From an uncultured Anaerobiospirillum sp. (lineage in GTDB: Bacteria; Pseudomonadota; Gammaproteobacteria; Enterobacterales; Succinivibrionaceae): a stretch of 64,000 nucleotides of DNA. Location of the stretch: assembly GCA_944390115.1 (NCBI GenBank), contig CALXOW010000011.1:431-64430 (forward strand), read 5' to 3'. A model generated the notes under the pieces. It searched no databases. It was not told the DNA's origin and saw nothing but the letters and a program-made list of their open reading frames with translations. Every line of letters begins with the position of its first letter. Position 1 is the stretch's first letter. Positions 45,853-56,187 of the stretch are shown one piece after another. A program made the translations under genes and the position numbers.

Positions 45853-46217
45853 GCCTAAGGATCTACTTGCCCCCGGCGCCCATTGAGTGCGAGATCCGCG
45901 CTCAGTTGGGGCGGGCGCCTTGCTACCTGCCGCTCTTAGGAGCTGGTACCGCCGCTATGTGGTAGGTGCATGAGGCTGTGCTCTGAGCCCATCTTTCGTG
46001 GATGGGAATAGGGGCTGGGGCAAGGTGGAGCTACTTGAGCTGCCGGACGGTCGTGCTTTTTTCAGTCTCGAGCTGAAAAGAGCTTCAGCTCTGGGAACGC
46101 GTCGCTTAAGGTCTTGAGCTGCAGCGGACCTTAAGTACAGCGGGCCTTACCTGAGCTGTGAGGCGCGGTCCGGGGCGGACGGAGTCTCTTTTTGAGATGC
46201 AAACAAAGGAGTCAATC

Positions 46218-48923
46218 ATGTCGTTGCTACATGATCTGCGTTTGGTAAACGCTCAGATCCACTATTTGGTGGATCCGCGCTTACCCGGTGATGGGGGTGG
46301 TGCTGCCACTCATGTCACGGGCGCGTTAACCAGTGAGGTGGACTTAGCCCACCGCACTTTAAAGCGCGCGGTGTGCAGCGAGGTTGTGGCGCTGCTGTTC
46401 TTAGTGGGGCTATGCGGCCTGTTGCCCTTATGGCTCTGGCCTGCTCTGCTCTTAGGTGGCAGCTGGCTTATCGTGCACCGTGGGGCCCAGTACACCCTGA
46501 TGCTCGCGCCCTTTCTACCTAAGCTGACGGCCCTGATGCAGGGCATTGCCGCCCCCGAGGCTTATCGGGAGTATGGCCGAGGGTGCCTTATTGTCAGCCC
46601 GCACGGCTTTAATCTAAGCCCGCAGGCGCGCAGCGTGGAAAAGCTTAGTGAGCAGGTGCTCGCCGCGCCCGGTATTCAGGCGCTACCGCCCTTGCTTAAG
46701 CTTGAGCTTAAGTCGGCGTTAGCGGCAGGGGAGCTCGAGCGCGCTCAGGAGCTGCTTGCCTGTGCGCTCAGTATGGGGGTGCCGCTGACCGTGCCCAATG
46801 AACTGGGGCTGGCGGCCGCCTTAATTCAGGTGCAGCGCAGCGCGGCGCTCAAGGACCAAGGGCGCACCGTGGGTTTATTACCGCCCCAGTGTGGCGGCAC
46901 GCTTGTGTACCCTGGCATGCCTTACCCTAGCAGCTACGTTCCGGAGTGGGTGCCGCCTGCGGGCTTGTTATTGGGCTTTGGGGCGCCGTGGACCAGTGAG
47001 CACCAGCGCCGCATCAAGAGCTTGCTCAGTGATGGGCGCACCGTGGCCACCAATCCTAAGCTTCAGGGCTTAAGCCTCTTTCACCAGAGCTTGGGGACGC
47101 AGGGCTTTTCTCCCATTGTCTTAGCCCCAGAGGTGCAAGACTTACACTGCCTCATTACCGGTACCACGGGCTCAGGTAAGACCACCTTGCTCAATCTCTT
47201 GGTCAACCAATCGATTTTGCAGCGGCGTCCGACCATTGTGCTCGACCCTAAGGGTGACCCCACCTTAAAGCAGATGCTGGTGCATGCCTTAGAGCAAGCC
47301 GGGCGCGACCCTTTGCGCGACCTCAAGTGCTGTGACTTTCTGGCCGCACCGGGGGCGCGCTTAGAGTCACGCGCCAGCGCGGAGTTGTTTGCCACCGCGC
47401 AAGGCTTGGGCTCAGAGCTTAGCAGTGCCTCCGTGATCTGCGCGCAGTTAGAGCAAGCGATCTTGACCTGCACCAACGTCGGCTTCAATCCGCTCACCGA
47501 CCTTAATGACTCGGTGCCGCAGATGGCCCAGCTCTTGTGCTGCACCCTGCCGCACGAAGGCCCTTCGGCGACCTTTACCGCGCAAACCGAGCGCGCTATG
47601 GAGTGTGCTCTCTACTGCTCGCAGGTGTTAGATGGGACCATCACCTTGGCCACCATTAAGCGGCACTTCAACAACTGGGATAGCATGGAGTTGGCGCTGC
47701 GCACCGAGTTCAACCGCTTGGTCGAGACGCTCGATCAGCCTGAGGTCAGCACCTACTACAACAACCTCCACGGCATTAAGCTCTCTGACCTCAAGCGCGC
47801 TCCGTGCTCAGCGCAGGAGGCTATGGGCTGTGCCTTCTTAGTACGCGCCATTTTCGGCCCCGAGCTTAAAGGCACCATCACCCCAGGTGATGTCACCATC
47901 GCCTTAAAGCAGCTCGAGCAAGAGGGCCGTTTGCAGTCCGGCCCAGAACCCGCCCCTCAGTCGGCGGACGAGGAAGAAACGGACGAGGAGGAGCCGAGCG
48001 TGGGGCGTAAAGGCGCGCGCAGCTTATGGCTTAAGCACTGCCAGGAGTTCTATGCGTGGCTGCGGGCGCATCACTACGACACCAAACCGTACGATGCGTG
48101 CGTGCAGGCGCTTTTAGAGATGCTGGCGCAGGATAAGGCGCAAATCGAGAAGATGACCATGGGCGGGCGCCCGCTCTTCTCGGATTTAGGTAATCCTAAG
48201 CTGCGGGACTTGCTGTGCAATGGCACTGAGCGCAATGCCTGCATGAGTGAGGTCATCGCCCACAATCAGGTGCTCTACCTTAACTTGAGCACCTTGCGTA
48301 ACCCTAAGACCGCCCGCTTGGTGGGCACGATGGCCTTACGCACCTTGGCCCACTGTGCCGCCGCGCGCATCAGCCACTTTGGTGACCCCACCATGCCGCC
48401 GGTCGACATCTACATCGATGAGGCGAGCACCTTAAGCAGTGACACCTTGCTTGATTTACTCAACAAGACCCGCGCGGCCAAGTTCCACCTCACTTTGCTC
48501 GCGCAAAGCGTTGAGGACTTCTACCGCGAGGGCAGCCGCGCCAGCTGCGAGCACTTAATTGCCAACTGCAATGTGCGCATTGCCCTGCGCAGTATGGATC
48601 GCGCTACCTCCGAGCAGATGACGCGCCTTTTGGGCACGATTGACCAGCCCACCCGCAGCGCCAACTTAGGCGGCTTTGAAAGCAGCAGCGGTACCGACTT
48701 GAGCGCAAGTCACAGCTTAAGTAGCCAAAGCGTGCCGCTCTTTGAGCCGTCCAACCTCGCGCTTTTGCCCAACTTCGAGTTTATCGCGCTGCTGCCCAGC
48801 GGCACCCTCTACAAGGGCCTGATTCCGCGCCTGGTCCCAAGCAGCTTTACGCACCTGCACAAGGCCAGCAAGCGCTACGACCAAGCTCTGAGTGTCGTCT
48901 CAGGGGCACACCCGGCCGCTTAA
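46218..48923 (+). CDS. TraD/VirD4-type type IV coupling protein-like P-loop ATPase (901 aa)
   Basis: AAGGAG lies 7 nt upstream of the ATG at 46218. There are N-terminal TM helices (VVALLFLVGLCGLLPLWLWPALLLGG), Walker A with the PKGD box (LHCLITGTTGSGKTTLLNLLVNQSILQRRPTIVLDPKGD) and Walker B (VDIYIDEAS). Confidence 0.7.
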   Translation: MSLLHDLRLVNAQIHYLVDPRLPGDGGGAATHVTGALTSEVDLAHRTLKRAVCSEVVALLFLVGLCGLLPLWLWPALLLGGSWLIVHRGAQYTLMLAPFLPKLTALMQGIAAPEAYREYGRGCLIVSPHGFNLSPQARSVEKLSEQVLAAPGIQALPPLLKLELKSALAAGELERAQELLACALSMGVPLTVPNELGLAAALIQVQRSAALKDQGRTVGLLPPQCGGTLVYPGMPYPSSYVPEWVPPAGLLLGFGAPWTSEHQRRIKSLLSDGRTVATNPKLQGLSLFHQSLGTQGFSPIVLAPEVQDLHCLITGTTGSGKTTLLNLLVNQSILQRRPTIVLDPKGDPTLKQMLVHALEQAGRDPLRDLKCCDFLAAPGARLESRASAELFATAQGLGSELSSASVICAQLEQAILTCTNVGFNPLTDLNDSVPQMAQLLCCTLPHEGPSATFTAQTERAMECALYCSQVLDGTITLATIKRHFNNWDSMELALRTEFNRLVETLDQPEVSTYYNNLHGIKLSDLKRAPCSAQEAMGCAFLVRAIFGPELKGTITPGDVTIALKQLEQEGRLQSGPEPAPQSADEEETDEEEPSVGRKGARSLWLKHCQEFYAWLRAHHYDTKPYDACVQALLEMLAQDKAQIEKMTMGGRPLFSDLGNPKLRDLLCNGTERNACMSEVIAHNQVLYLNLSTLRNPKTARLVGTMALRTLAHCAAARISHFGDPTMPPVDIYIDEASTLSSDTLLDLLNKTRAAKFHLTLLAQSVEDFYREGSRASCEHLIANCNVRIALRSMDRATSEQMTRLLGTIDQPTRSANLGGFESSSGTDLSASHSLSSQSVPLFEPSNLALLPNFEFIALLPSGTLYKGLIPRLVPSSFTHLHKASKRYDQALSVVSGAHPAA

Positions 48924-48982
48924 AAGTCCGGCCGGTCTAACAGCCCCAGCCTTGGGGCTCAGGCCTAGAATGGAGATGTACC

Positions 48983-49549
48983 ATGCTAACCCCCAATCAC
49001 CCCAGCGCTTACGCGCGCATTAATGAGGCGCAGCGCGCGCCCTTTAGCCGCCTGAAGCTTGGCCCCTTGTTCTATCACCTGCCAGAGCTGGTGCTGCTGG
49101 CCTTAGCTTTACTGCTGACGCTCGCGCTTATGCCCGCCAGCCCTGAGGAGCAGAGCGCTTATGCCTTAAAGCCCTTAGCGGACTTAAGCGCCTACCTCTT
49201 AGGGACCGCTGGTGCCCCGACTAAAGATGAGCTCTTAGCTGAGCTCGACACTAAGGTCGCTCTCACCCAAATGGCGCTGTGCGCCGCCATTGGCATAGCC
49301 GCCGGGGGCATCCTCGCCTATGGGCGGGCCCTACGGGCCTTATGGCAGCACCGCACTATGACTATGGTCGATGAGCTATTGGGTTCTAAGCTCTTAGCGC
49401 GCACCTTCAAATGCGCCGGCATCATCACCTTTATTCTAGGGGCCTTGGCGCACAGCTATCTGGCGCTGAGCTGTCCCCTAATCCTCTTATCCGGCTTTAC
49501 CTGGGGCTACAGCGTCATCTACCGCATCACCGCCAAGTCCCGCACCTAA
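48983..49549 (+). CDS. Hypothetical integral membrane protein (188 aa)
   Basis: Four hydrophobic segments; it follows the coupling-protein gene closely. Confidence 0.5.
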   Translation: MLTPNHPSAYARINEAQRAPFSRLKLGPLFYHLPELVLLALALLLTLALMPASPEEQSAYALKPLADLSAYLLGTAGAPTKDELLAELDTKVALTQMALCAAIGIAAGGILAYGRALRALWQHRTMTMVDELLGSKLLARTFKCAGIITFILGALAHSYLALSCPLILLSGFTWGYSVIYRITAKSRT

Positions 49550-49837
49550 GCACAGCCCCAGCAGGTGCTCGCCACTTGTGCCCCCAGCTGCGAGAGCTGA
49601 GGGTGCAGGACTGTGCCTCAGCTGTGACTCCTATGGGCTTAAAGCCCCGCAAGGCCGCACTGAGCGCTGTCAGCGCAGCTGCGGGCCCTGAGGGTAGCAC
49701 TCAGCTCAAGGCAGTGCTCAAGGCTGAAGCGCTATGGGAGCTGTGCCCAGCAAGCGCCGCTGAGGCAAGCAGGGAGTAGGGCCGGATGGAAGATAGGGCG
49801 CACAAGCCCAGAGCAACATGCAACTAAGGAGTAATCG

Positions 49838-50737
49838 ATGTTATTGCAGCAATTATTCAAGCGGGTTCGGGGCCGTCCTAACCCCGGTGCTGGTGCACCC
49901 AGCACTGAGTCCGACCTGAGCCTCATCACGCCACAGGTTCCGGCAGAAGCAGCGCCGGACCCGGCGGCCACCTTAAACCAGGTGGCGGCTCATGATAGTG
50001 CGGCGGCGGCGCCGCCCCAGTCTTATCAGCGTGGCACCAGTGTCTTTTTGCCCTACCAGAGCCCGGAGGAAATCGCGGCGGCTGAGAGCATGCTTATCTA
50101 CGACATTAAGTTCATCGTGGGCCAGTGCTGTCAGGGCGCCGATGAGGCCTTTATCCGCAAGTTTAGCGCCATGGTCGATCAGCTCATTACCGGCATGATT
50201 GAGCTGTGCTCGGTCGCTCCCGCTTCAATGGGGCCGCATGATGCGGGGGTGCACGGCTTAGTGCACCACAATCTCCAGACGGCCTTTGTCGCCTGCGATC
50301 AAATCCACCACATCCTTTCTTTTATTCCAGTGAGCACCATTAGCTGTTCAGGTAAGCTCCCTGAGTCCCCGGTCAACGTCAAGCCGCCTAAGCCAAAGTT
50401 AGGCTCAGGCCTGACGCCTGAGGAGGTGGTGGTGCAAGCGCAAAGTGCCAAGCGTAAGGCTCCCGTCAAGACGGCCCCTGCGCCCAATGAAGCCACGGCT
50501 CAGGACACTGCTGCTCAGGCTCAAGCCGCTGCTAAGAGCGCCAAGGTCACGACCAGGACTGCGACCAAGAGCACCAAGGCTGCTACCAAGACTAAAGCCA
50601 AAGCTGCGCCTAAGACCACCTCGCGCCGTAAGGCGCCACCGGCTCAGCCGTCAGCGGACTTAGCCCCGGAGATTAGGGCCGCTTTAGCATTCGGGCCTAC
50701 GCTCAATCCGGCTGAGCCGGAAGGGGCTGAGGACTAA
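49838..50737 (+). CDS. Hypothetical 299-aa protein: MOBH-relaxase N-terminal-like motif plus Lys/Ala/Thr-rich basic tail
   Basis: AAGGAG lies 6 nt upstream of the ATG. MIELCSVAPASMGPHDAGVHGLVHHNLQTAFVACD resembles the LPASExHHHxxxGGLLxHxLE motif of TraI_2-type relaxases, judged from memory. The tail reads KSAKVTTRTATKSTKAATKTKAKAAPKTTSRRKAPP. Confidence 0.5.
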   Translation: MLLQQLFKRVRGRPNPGAGAPSTESDLSLITPQVPAEAAPDPAATLNQVAAHDSAAAAPPQSYQRGTSVFLPYQSPEEIAAAESMLIYDIKFIVGQCCQGADEAFIRKFSAMVDQLITGMIELCSVAPASMGPHDAGVHGLVHHNLQTAFVACDQIHHILSFIPVSTISCSGKLPESPVNVKPPKPKLGSGLTPEEVVVQAQSAKRKAPVKTAPAPNEATAQDTAAQAQAAAKSAKVTTRTATKSTKAATKTKAKAAPKTTSRRKAPPAQPSADLAPEIRAALAFGPTLNPAEPEGAED

Positions 50738-50826
50738 GCTCTGGTTAGTTTAGTTGCCAGCACTCTGGGCTTATGCCGTGCATCAAGTCCAGCGAGCAGT
50801 GCGCGCGGTTAATGGGACGGTGCTGG

Positions 50827-51624
50827 TTAGGCGGCCTTACGGGCGCACAGCGCGGTGCACAGGGCTTGGTAGGCGGCAACGACGGCGGCGATGCCTTCGC
50901 CGCGCTCAATGCAGTGAGCGACCAAATCGCCGGTGGTGACGGCTTGTGGCAGGCCTAAGCTCAGGACGGCGCTGAGCTCATCTGGGGTACCGGCGTTAAG
51001 TGGCAGCAGGCTTGGGGTCTTGAGCTCATGGCACAGGCGTAAGGCGGCGGCGGTAGCGGCGCCACCATGTACTGGCAGGACTAAGCTTGCGGCACTATCG
51101 GCGCAAATGGCTTGCAGCTCGGAGCGGCTTTGGTTATCTGGGGCTAAGAGTACTAACTCAAGGCCATGCTGGGCGCACAGAGCCTTAAAGTCAAACGGGC
51201 CGCCTTGTGGGGCCACCATGGCGTGGCTGACATCGGTAAATAAGATGGCGTTGACGCCCGCTGCGGAGGCGCGGGTCAGGAACTGCTCCAGGCCAAAGGC
51301 CAGGGCATTGTTGACGTAGAGGCTCAGCATGATCGGCATTTGTGGGAACTGAGCCTTAAAGTCGGCGATTAAGTCTAAGGCAGCTGCGATCTTTAATCCG
51401 GCGTGCAGGGCGCGGTGACTGGCGCTTTGCAGGGCGACGCTATCGGCGCAAGGGTCAGAGAAAGGCAGATGCAAGTCGAGGGCAGGAGCGTGGTTCTGGG
51501 CCAGGGCCGTCATCAGGTCACGGCAGGTCGCTAAATTAGGATCGCCTAAGGTGATGGTTGGGATGAGAGCTGGTAAACCGGTGGTGGCGCGGGCAGTTAA
51601 GGCGGCAGAGAGAGCGTGAGTCAT
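50827..51624 (-). CDS. trpA: Tryptophan synthase alpha chain (divergent)
   Basis: It lies directly downstream of trpB. LHLPFSDPCAD corresponds to the PFSDPLADGP loop, and the length of 265 aa fits. Confidence 0.75.
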   Translation of the reverse strand: MTHALSAALTARATTGLPALIPTITLGDPNLATCRDLMTALAQNHAPALDLHLPFSDPCADSVALQSASHRALHAGLKIAAALDLIADFKAQFPQMPIMLSLYVNNALAFGLEQFLTRASAAGVNAILFTDVSHAMVAPQGGPFDFKALCAQHGLELVLLAPDNQSRSELQAICADSAASLVLPVHGGAATAAALRLCHELKTPSLLPLNAGTPDELSAVLSLGLPQAVTTGDLVAHCIERGEGIAAVVAAYQALCTALCARKAA

Positions 51625-51674
51625 TTTTATCGTTCCTTAAGAAATCGGTCTAGGGCTTGGGTCTGAGGTGCGGT

Positions 51675-52910
51675 CTAAAGTGGAGCGGCTAAGATAGCGT
51701 TGAGCTTGATATTGCCTTGCTCGGTGATGCAGCCTTTTTCCGCGAGGACTTTGTTGACGTTGAAGATGTCCTTATCGCCGCGTCCTGATAAGTTAACCAG
51801 GAAGGTCTGTTCCTTTTCTGGGTGCTGACGCATTAAGCTAAGGGCGCCTGCCAGGGCATGGGAGCTTTCTAAGGCCGGGATAATGCCCTCAGCGCAGCTT
51901 AATTGGGCAAAGGCCTCGAGGGCTTGATTGTCAGTGGCGCTGATATAGTTCACGCGGCCAGTGTCCTTTAAGTAGGCGTGCTGCGGGCCAATCGATGGGA
52001 AATCAAGGCCGGCCGAGACCGAATAGGACTCATTGATTTGGCCGTCATCGTCTTGCATGTTATAGGTGTGGGCACCAAAGAAGATGCCGCGCGTACCCTC
52101 GCCTAAGGTGGCACCGTGGTAGCCGGAGCTTAAACCGCGTCCTGCGGGCTCCACGCCAAACAGCGGCACGTCGGTCGGCAGGAACTCGGTGAACATGCCG
52201 ATGGCGTTGGAGCCACCGCCGACACAGGCAAAGACGGCATCAGGTAAGCGGCCGGTCTCCTTTAGGATTTGCTCCTTGGCCTCGGCGCCGATGACCTTTT
52301 GGAACTCACGGACCATGGTTGGGAATGGGTGCGGACCTGCGGCCGTACCTAACATGTAGTGGGTGTGCTCGAAGTTCTCAGCGTAATCGGCTAAGGCGGC
52401 GTTGCAGGCCTCCTTTAAGGTGCCGCGCCCGGCTTCGACCTCGACCACCTCAGCGCCCATTAAGCGCATTCTGAACACATTCGGCTGCTGGCGCTGGGCA
52501 TCGGTCTTACCCATATAGACGCGGCACTTAAAGCCCATTAAGGCACAGATTAAGGCGGTGGCGACGCCATGCTGGCCCGCGCCAGTCTCGGCGATGATGC
52601 GGGTCTTGCCCATGCGCTTGGCAATTAAGGCCTGGCCGATGACCTGGTTGGTCTTGTGGGCACCGCCGTGGAGCAGGTCCTCACGCTTGAGGTAGATGGT
52701 GGTCTTGGTGCCACGGGTGAGGTTGCGGCAGCGCGTGAGCGGAGTTGGGCGCCCAGCGTAGGTGGTGAGCAGGTAGTTGAGCTCTTCTTTGAAGCTTGGG
52801 TCCTCAATGGCGGCAACGTAGGCGCGCTCGAGCTCATCTAAGGCTGGCATTAAGACTTCTGGGACGTATTGGCCGCCGTAGGTACCGAAGAATGGGTTGA
52901 GTAAGGTCAT
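51675..52910 (-). CDS. trpB: Tryptophan synthase beta chain
   Basis: [37 protein letters not shown] (PLP lysine motif) and GGGSNAIG. Confidence 0.95.
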   Translation of the reverse strand: MTLLNPFFGTYGGQYVPEVLMPALDELERAYVAAIEDPSFKEELNYLLTTYAGRPTPLTRCRNLTRGTKTTIYLKREDLLHGGAHKTNQVIGQALIAKRMGKTRIIAETGAGQHGVATALICALMGFKCRVYMGKTDAQRQQPNVFRMRLMGAEVVEVEAGRGTLKEACNAALADYAENFEHTHYMLGTAAGPHPFPTMVREFQKVIGAEAKEQILKETGRLPDAVFACVGGGSNAIGMFTEFLPTDVPLFGVEPAGRGLSSGYHGATLGEGTRGIFFGAHTYNMQDDDGQINESYSVSAGLDFPSIGPQHAYLKDTGRVNYISATDNQALEAFAQLSCAEGIIPALESSHALAGALSLMRQHPEKEQTFLVNLSGRGDKDIFNVNKVLAEKGCITEQGNIKLNAILAAPL

Positions 52911-53140
52911 AGTAGTTCCTTTTTGTGCACGTTAGGTTGAACGAAGTTGGGGCGCCCTAAGGGCCAAGCTGAGGGAGAGTTAGTTGCGGCCCTCAGGCCA
53001 ACGTGCTGGGAACAAGAAGCAGGAAGTCTTACTCATAACGCAACCTATGAAAAGATGGGGCGGAGCTGTTGTGAATCTCTTTTCTCGCGGCCGCCCACGA
53101 ACTCGGGTTTGGGAACCTCTGTTTGCGGGCTTTAGATACG

Positions 53141-53167
53141 AAAAAACCCGCTTGCAGCGGGTTTTTG
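53141..53167. terminator. Bidirectional-looking intrinsic terminator
   Basis: AAAAAACCCGC-TTGCA-GCGGGTTTTT: a GC stem flanked by an A-run and a T-run. Confidence 0.55.
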
Positions 53168-53580
53168 AACAATGCTTAAGCCAAACGCCAAAACCCCGCT
53201 AACTTGCGAGGTGCCACCAAATTGCGACTGGACGTAAGGAGCAGACGTTAAGCATTGTTGCCATCCAAACAAAAAAAAAGAAAACGAAACCGGTGAATTT
53301 CAAAGGCCTGGGAATACAGCGGAGGTTGCGGTACCCCCAAGACCTTACTATCAAGGAGGATCTATAGAAGACCCTATGCTGAAATTCGTGTGCTCAGAGT
53401 ACGGCACAATCACCTGAGCTGCAAGGTGCCACGCGCCGATTTTGCGGGCAATGTCGCAAATTGGGGCACGAATGGCGGGAGTGAACGCGCCTTGCACCAA
53501 AATAGGTTGAATTGTGCCGCATAGTGGGGCTGTAAGCCCCATCTCAAGCTTAGGCCACAGCTTGGGCCTTAAGCCACAGC

Positions 53581-54837
53581 TTAGGCCTTGGTGTTCTTGA
53601 AGTCCTCTGGTAGCTCGATTTGGTGGCAGGCCACAGCGGTGAAGACCACATCCGAGGAGCTGTTTAAAGCGGTCTCGGTCGAGTCCTGGATGACACCGAT
53701 GATAAAGCCGATACCGACCACCTGCATGGCGATGTCATTGCTGATACCGAAGATCGAGCAAGCTAAAGGAATCAACATGAGCGAGCCACCGGCGATACCG
53801 GAGGTACCGCAAGCGCACAGGACCGAGGCAATGCACATTAACAGAGCCGAAGCGATATCAACCTCAATGCCTAAGGTACGGACCGCACCCATGGTCATGA
53901 TGACGATGGTGACCGCAGCACCGGACATATTGATGGTGCAGCCTAAAGGAATGGAGATAGCGTAGGTGTTCTTAGGCAGGTGCAGACGCTCGCATAAGGC
54001 TAAGTTAACTGGGATGTTAGCAGCCGAGGAGCGGGTAAAGAACGCGGTGATAGCGCTTTGGGTGATAGTGGTGAAAATGAGTGGATATGGGTTCTTGCGG
54101 CAGACGATGAAGGCGATGAGTGGATTTAAGATAAAGGCCACTATCAACATGGTTGCTACTAAGACCAGCACTACCTGGACGTAGTTTAAGAGGTTGGTAA
54201 AGCCGCCTTCTTGGGTGCAGGAGCTGTAGACCAAGCCCATAACGCCCAGTGGGGCAAAGCGGATGATGATGCGGACGACACCAGCTACGGTCTGGGATAA
54301 ATCATCTAATACCAGCTTGGTTGGCTCGTGAGCGACACGGAACATAAGACCAAAGGTGATACCCCAAACCAGAATAGCGACGTAGTTACCATTTAACAGA
54401 GCGTTAACTGGGTTGTCGACCGCCTGCATGATGAAGTTGAGCAGCACCTCAGCGATACCCTGTGGTGGGTTAACGCCACCAGCAGCCTCAGCTAAAGTTG
54501 GGAAGGTGACGGGGAAGAGCATGCTCATGACGAAGGCGATCACCGAGGCACAGGCCATCGAGACAAAGTACACGATGAGGACCGGAGTCATATTGGTCTT
54601 AGTGCCCTTGGTGTGACCGGCAATGGCCGAAGACACCAGAACAAAGACCAGGATTGGGGCCATGGCCTTTAAGGCGGAGACGAAGAGGGTACCAAATGTT
54701 GGGATGACCGACTTATCATCTGGGTAGATGAAGGCCAGAGCGATACCTAAGAGCAGGCCGATGATAACCTGCATGATAAAAGGTACGGCGTTGAAGATCC
54801 GAGCGATCGGATTTTTCGGGCTAATAGGTTCCAGCAT
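53581..54837 (-). CDS. sstT: Serine/threonine:sodium symporter SstT (DAACS family)
   Basis: The start is placed at MLEPISPKNPIARIFN (ATG at 54837), giving 418 aa as for SstT. The profile is multi-TM and the family-typical segment SSSDVVFTAVA is present. Confidence 0.85.
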   Translation of the reverse strand: MLEPISPKNPIARIFNAVPFIMQVIIGLLLGIALAFIYPDDKSVIPTFGTLFVSALKAMAPILVFVLVSSAIAGHTKGTKTNMTPVLIVYFVSMACASVIAFVMSMLFPVTFPTLAEAAGGVNPPQGIAEVLLNFIMQAVDNPVNALLNGNYVAILVWGITFGLMFRVAHEPTKLVLDDLSQTVAGVVRIIIRFAPLGVMGLVYSSCTQEGGFTNLLNYVQVVLVLVATMLIVAFILNPLIAFIVCRKNPYPLIFTTITQSAITAFFTRSSAANIPVNLALCERLHLPKNTYAISIPLGCTINMSGAAVTIVIMTMGAVRTLGIEVDIASALLMCIASVLCACGTSGIAGGSLMLIPLACSIFGISNDIAMQVVGIGFIIGVIQDSTETALNSSSDVVFTAVACHQIELPEDFKNTKA

Positions 54838-55171
54838 GGGATGTCCCTGTGCGGTTGCAACTGACAAAAAGAAAAAGAAGAAGAAATGGCCCGAGCAAAG
54901 CGCAATCGATTGCCCAAGGTCAAACGCGCGCCCATTATAGCGGCTAATTTCACAAATTCGACAAAAATGCCAGTTGTGGGCCACAATTGACCACAAATCA
55001 CGCGTAAATTCGGCACTGCGCGCGCTTAAGGCCTAAAGGAGCTAGGACGCACGGTTATAAGCGTGAAGCGCGGTGTGACCGAGGCTTGGTCCTTGGCTTA
55101 GGCTTTGCACCCCCTGGGGCGCGATGTGTTAAATTAAGCAAGAGTGGTTGGCAGCAAGTGCGGAGAATAGC

Positions 55172-56086
55172 GTGCAACTAGGTTATCGTTCGGTCTCAGT
55201 TGATTTGCATGGCAATGAGTACATGGCCCTGCTCGGCGCTACTGATAAGTTTCTGGCGCTGCAAGGCACTGTGCGTGCGAACAAAGCGCGTATCACGCGC
55301 CAGTTTAAGAGCACGCAGATCTTCCATAACCTCGCGCCCAACAATACCTTAAAAGGCATCTCGCTCAAGTCTGATAGCGAGTTCACCACCGCCGTCTTTG
55401 GCTACCAGAACGTGGGCGAGTTTAAGAACTTCCTCTCGGTGATTGAGCCGCATCTGCAATACTCCAACGGCAAGAAGTTAGGCCGCGCTATCGCGCTCAT
55501 CCATCAAGACACGCTCACCTCGGCGCAAAAGGAAAAGGCCGAGCGCCGCCGCACCACCATTCACAAGAAGCTGACCAATTACCTAACTCGTGGCCCGCGC
55601 TTTAAGCACGAAGGCCCGACCTTAGGCGCTATTATCGACCGCATCGACAGCCTGACCGATTACAAGCTGACGCGCCGCTATGGCGGCTTGCGCCTGGACA
55701 ACGTCTTCTTAACCCAAGGGGGCAACGTGATTTTAAAGCCCACGCCCTCCTATGGCTTTGGCGATGCTATTGAGGACTTCGTGCTCTTTGAGTGTGAGGA
55801 CGCAGGCCAGATGCCGTGCGCGGTAGCGGGCATCATCGACGGCTACTTCGGCGGCGTCACGGTCCCGGCCAACTTCTGGGTGGGCTTTGCTATCTTCAGC
55901 GCCATTTACTCGCTCACGCGCTGCTCCGAGCGCGCCCGCAAGTCGCCCCAAGAGCAAGCGCGCATGGTGGCGCAATCCAAGCGCATTATGCAGGACTTTG
56001 AGAATTTCACCCGGCCGATCCCGCGCTGGTATCGCTCGAACCTAGTGAAAAAGGCGCGCGCCGAAGCCAAGCGCTTAGGCCTATAA
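55172..56086 (+). CDS. Hypothetical protein (about 304 aa)
   Basis: GGAG lies 6 nt upstream of the GTG at 55172. There is a weak, unverified resemblance to kinase-like folds (GFGDAIEDF) and a hydrophobic segment near the C-terminus. Confidence 0.5.
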   Translation: MQLGYRSVSVDLHGNEYMALLGATDKFLALQGTVRANKARITRQFKSTQIFHNLAPNNTLKGISLKSDSEFTTAVFGYQNVGEFKNFLSVIEPHLQYSNGKKLGRAIALIHQDTLTSAQKEKAERRRTTIHKKLTNYLTRGPRFKHEGPTLGAIIDRIDSLTDYKLTRRYGGLRLDNVFLTQGGNVILKPTPSYGFGDAIEDFVLFECEDAGQMPCAVAGIIDGYFGGVTVPANFWVGFAIFSAIYSLTRCSERARKSPQEQARMVAQSKRIMQDFENFTRPIPRWYRSNLVKKARAEAKRLGL

Positions 56087-56187
56087 GCTCAGGCACCTTA
56101 CCAAAGGGTCGCACTTGATGCGGCCCTTTCGTAAGATGGTTGGGCCTGCTGACCACAAAGAAAAAAGATTTGAGATGAGGTTAGGAG

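Larger units (their letters stand above)
41368..50826 (+). mobile_element. Candidate degenerate mobilisation-type island between xerD and trpA (HD/MOBH-like proteins plus a TraD-type coupling ATPase)
   Basis: Six same-strand genes lie between two housekeeping genes, and their content is listed individually. No integrase other than xerD, no flanking repeats and no mating-pair genes were seen, so mobility is not demonstrated. Confidence 0.3.

Noticed and set aside
52911-53142. Trp leader peptide or attenuator upstream of trpB
   Set aside because: The only small ORF (MSKTSCFLFPARWPEGRN) has a single Trp and no tandem Trp codons. I also could not draw convincing alternative terminator and antiterminator hairpins next to the start.
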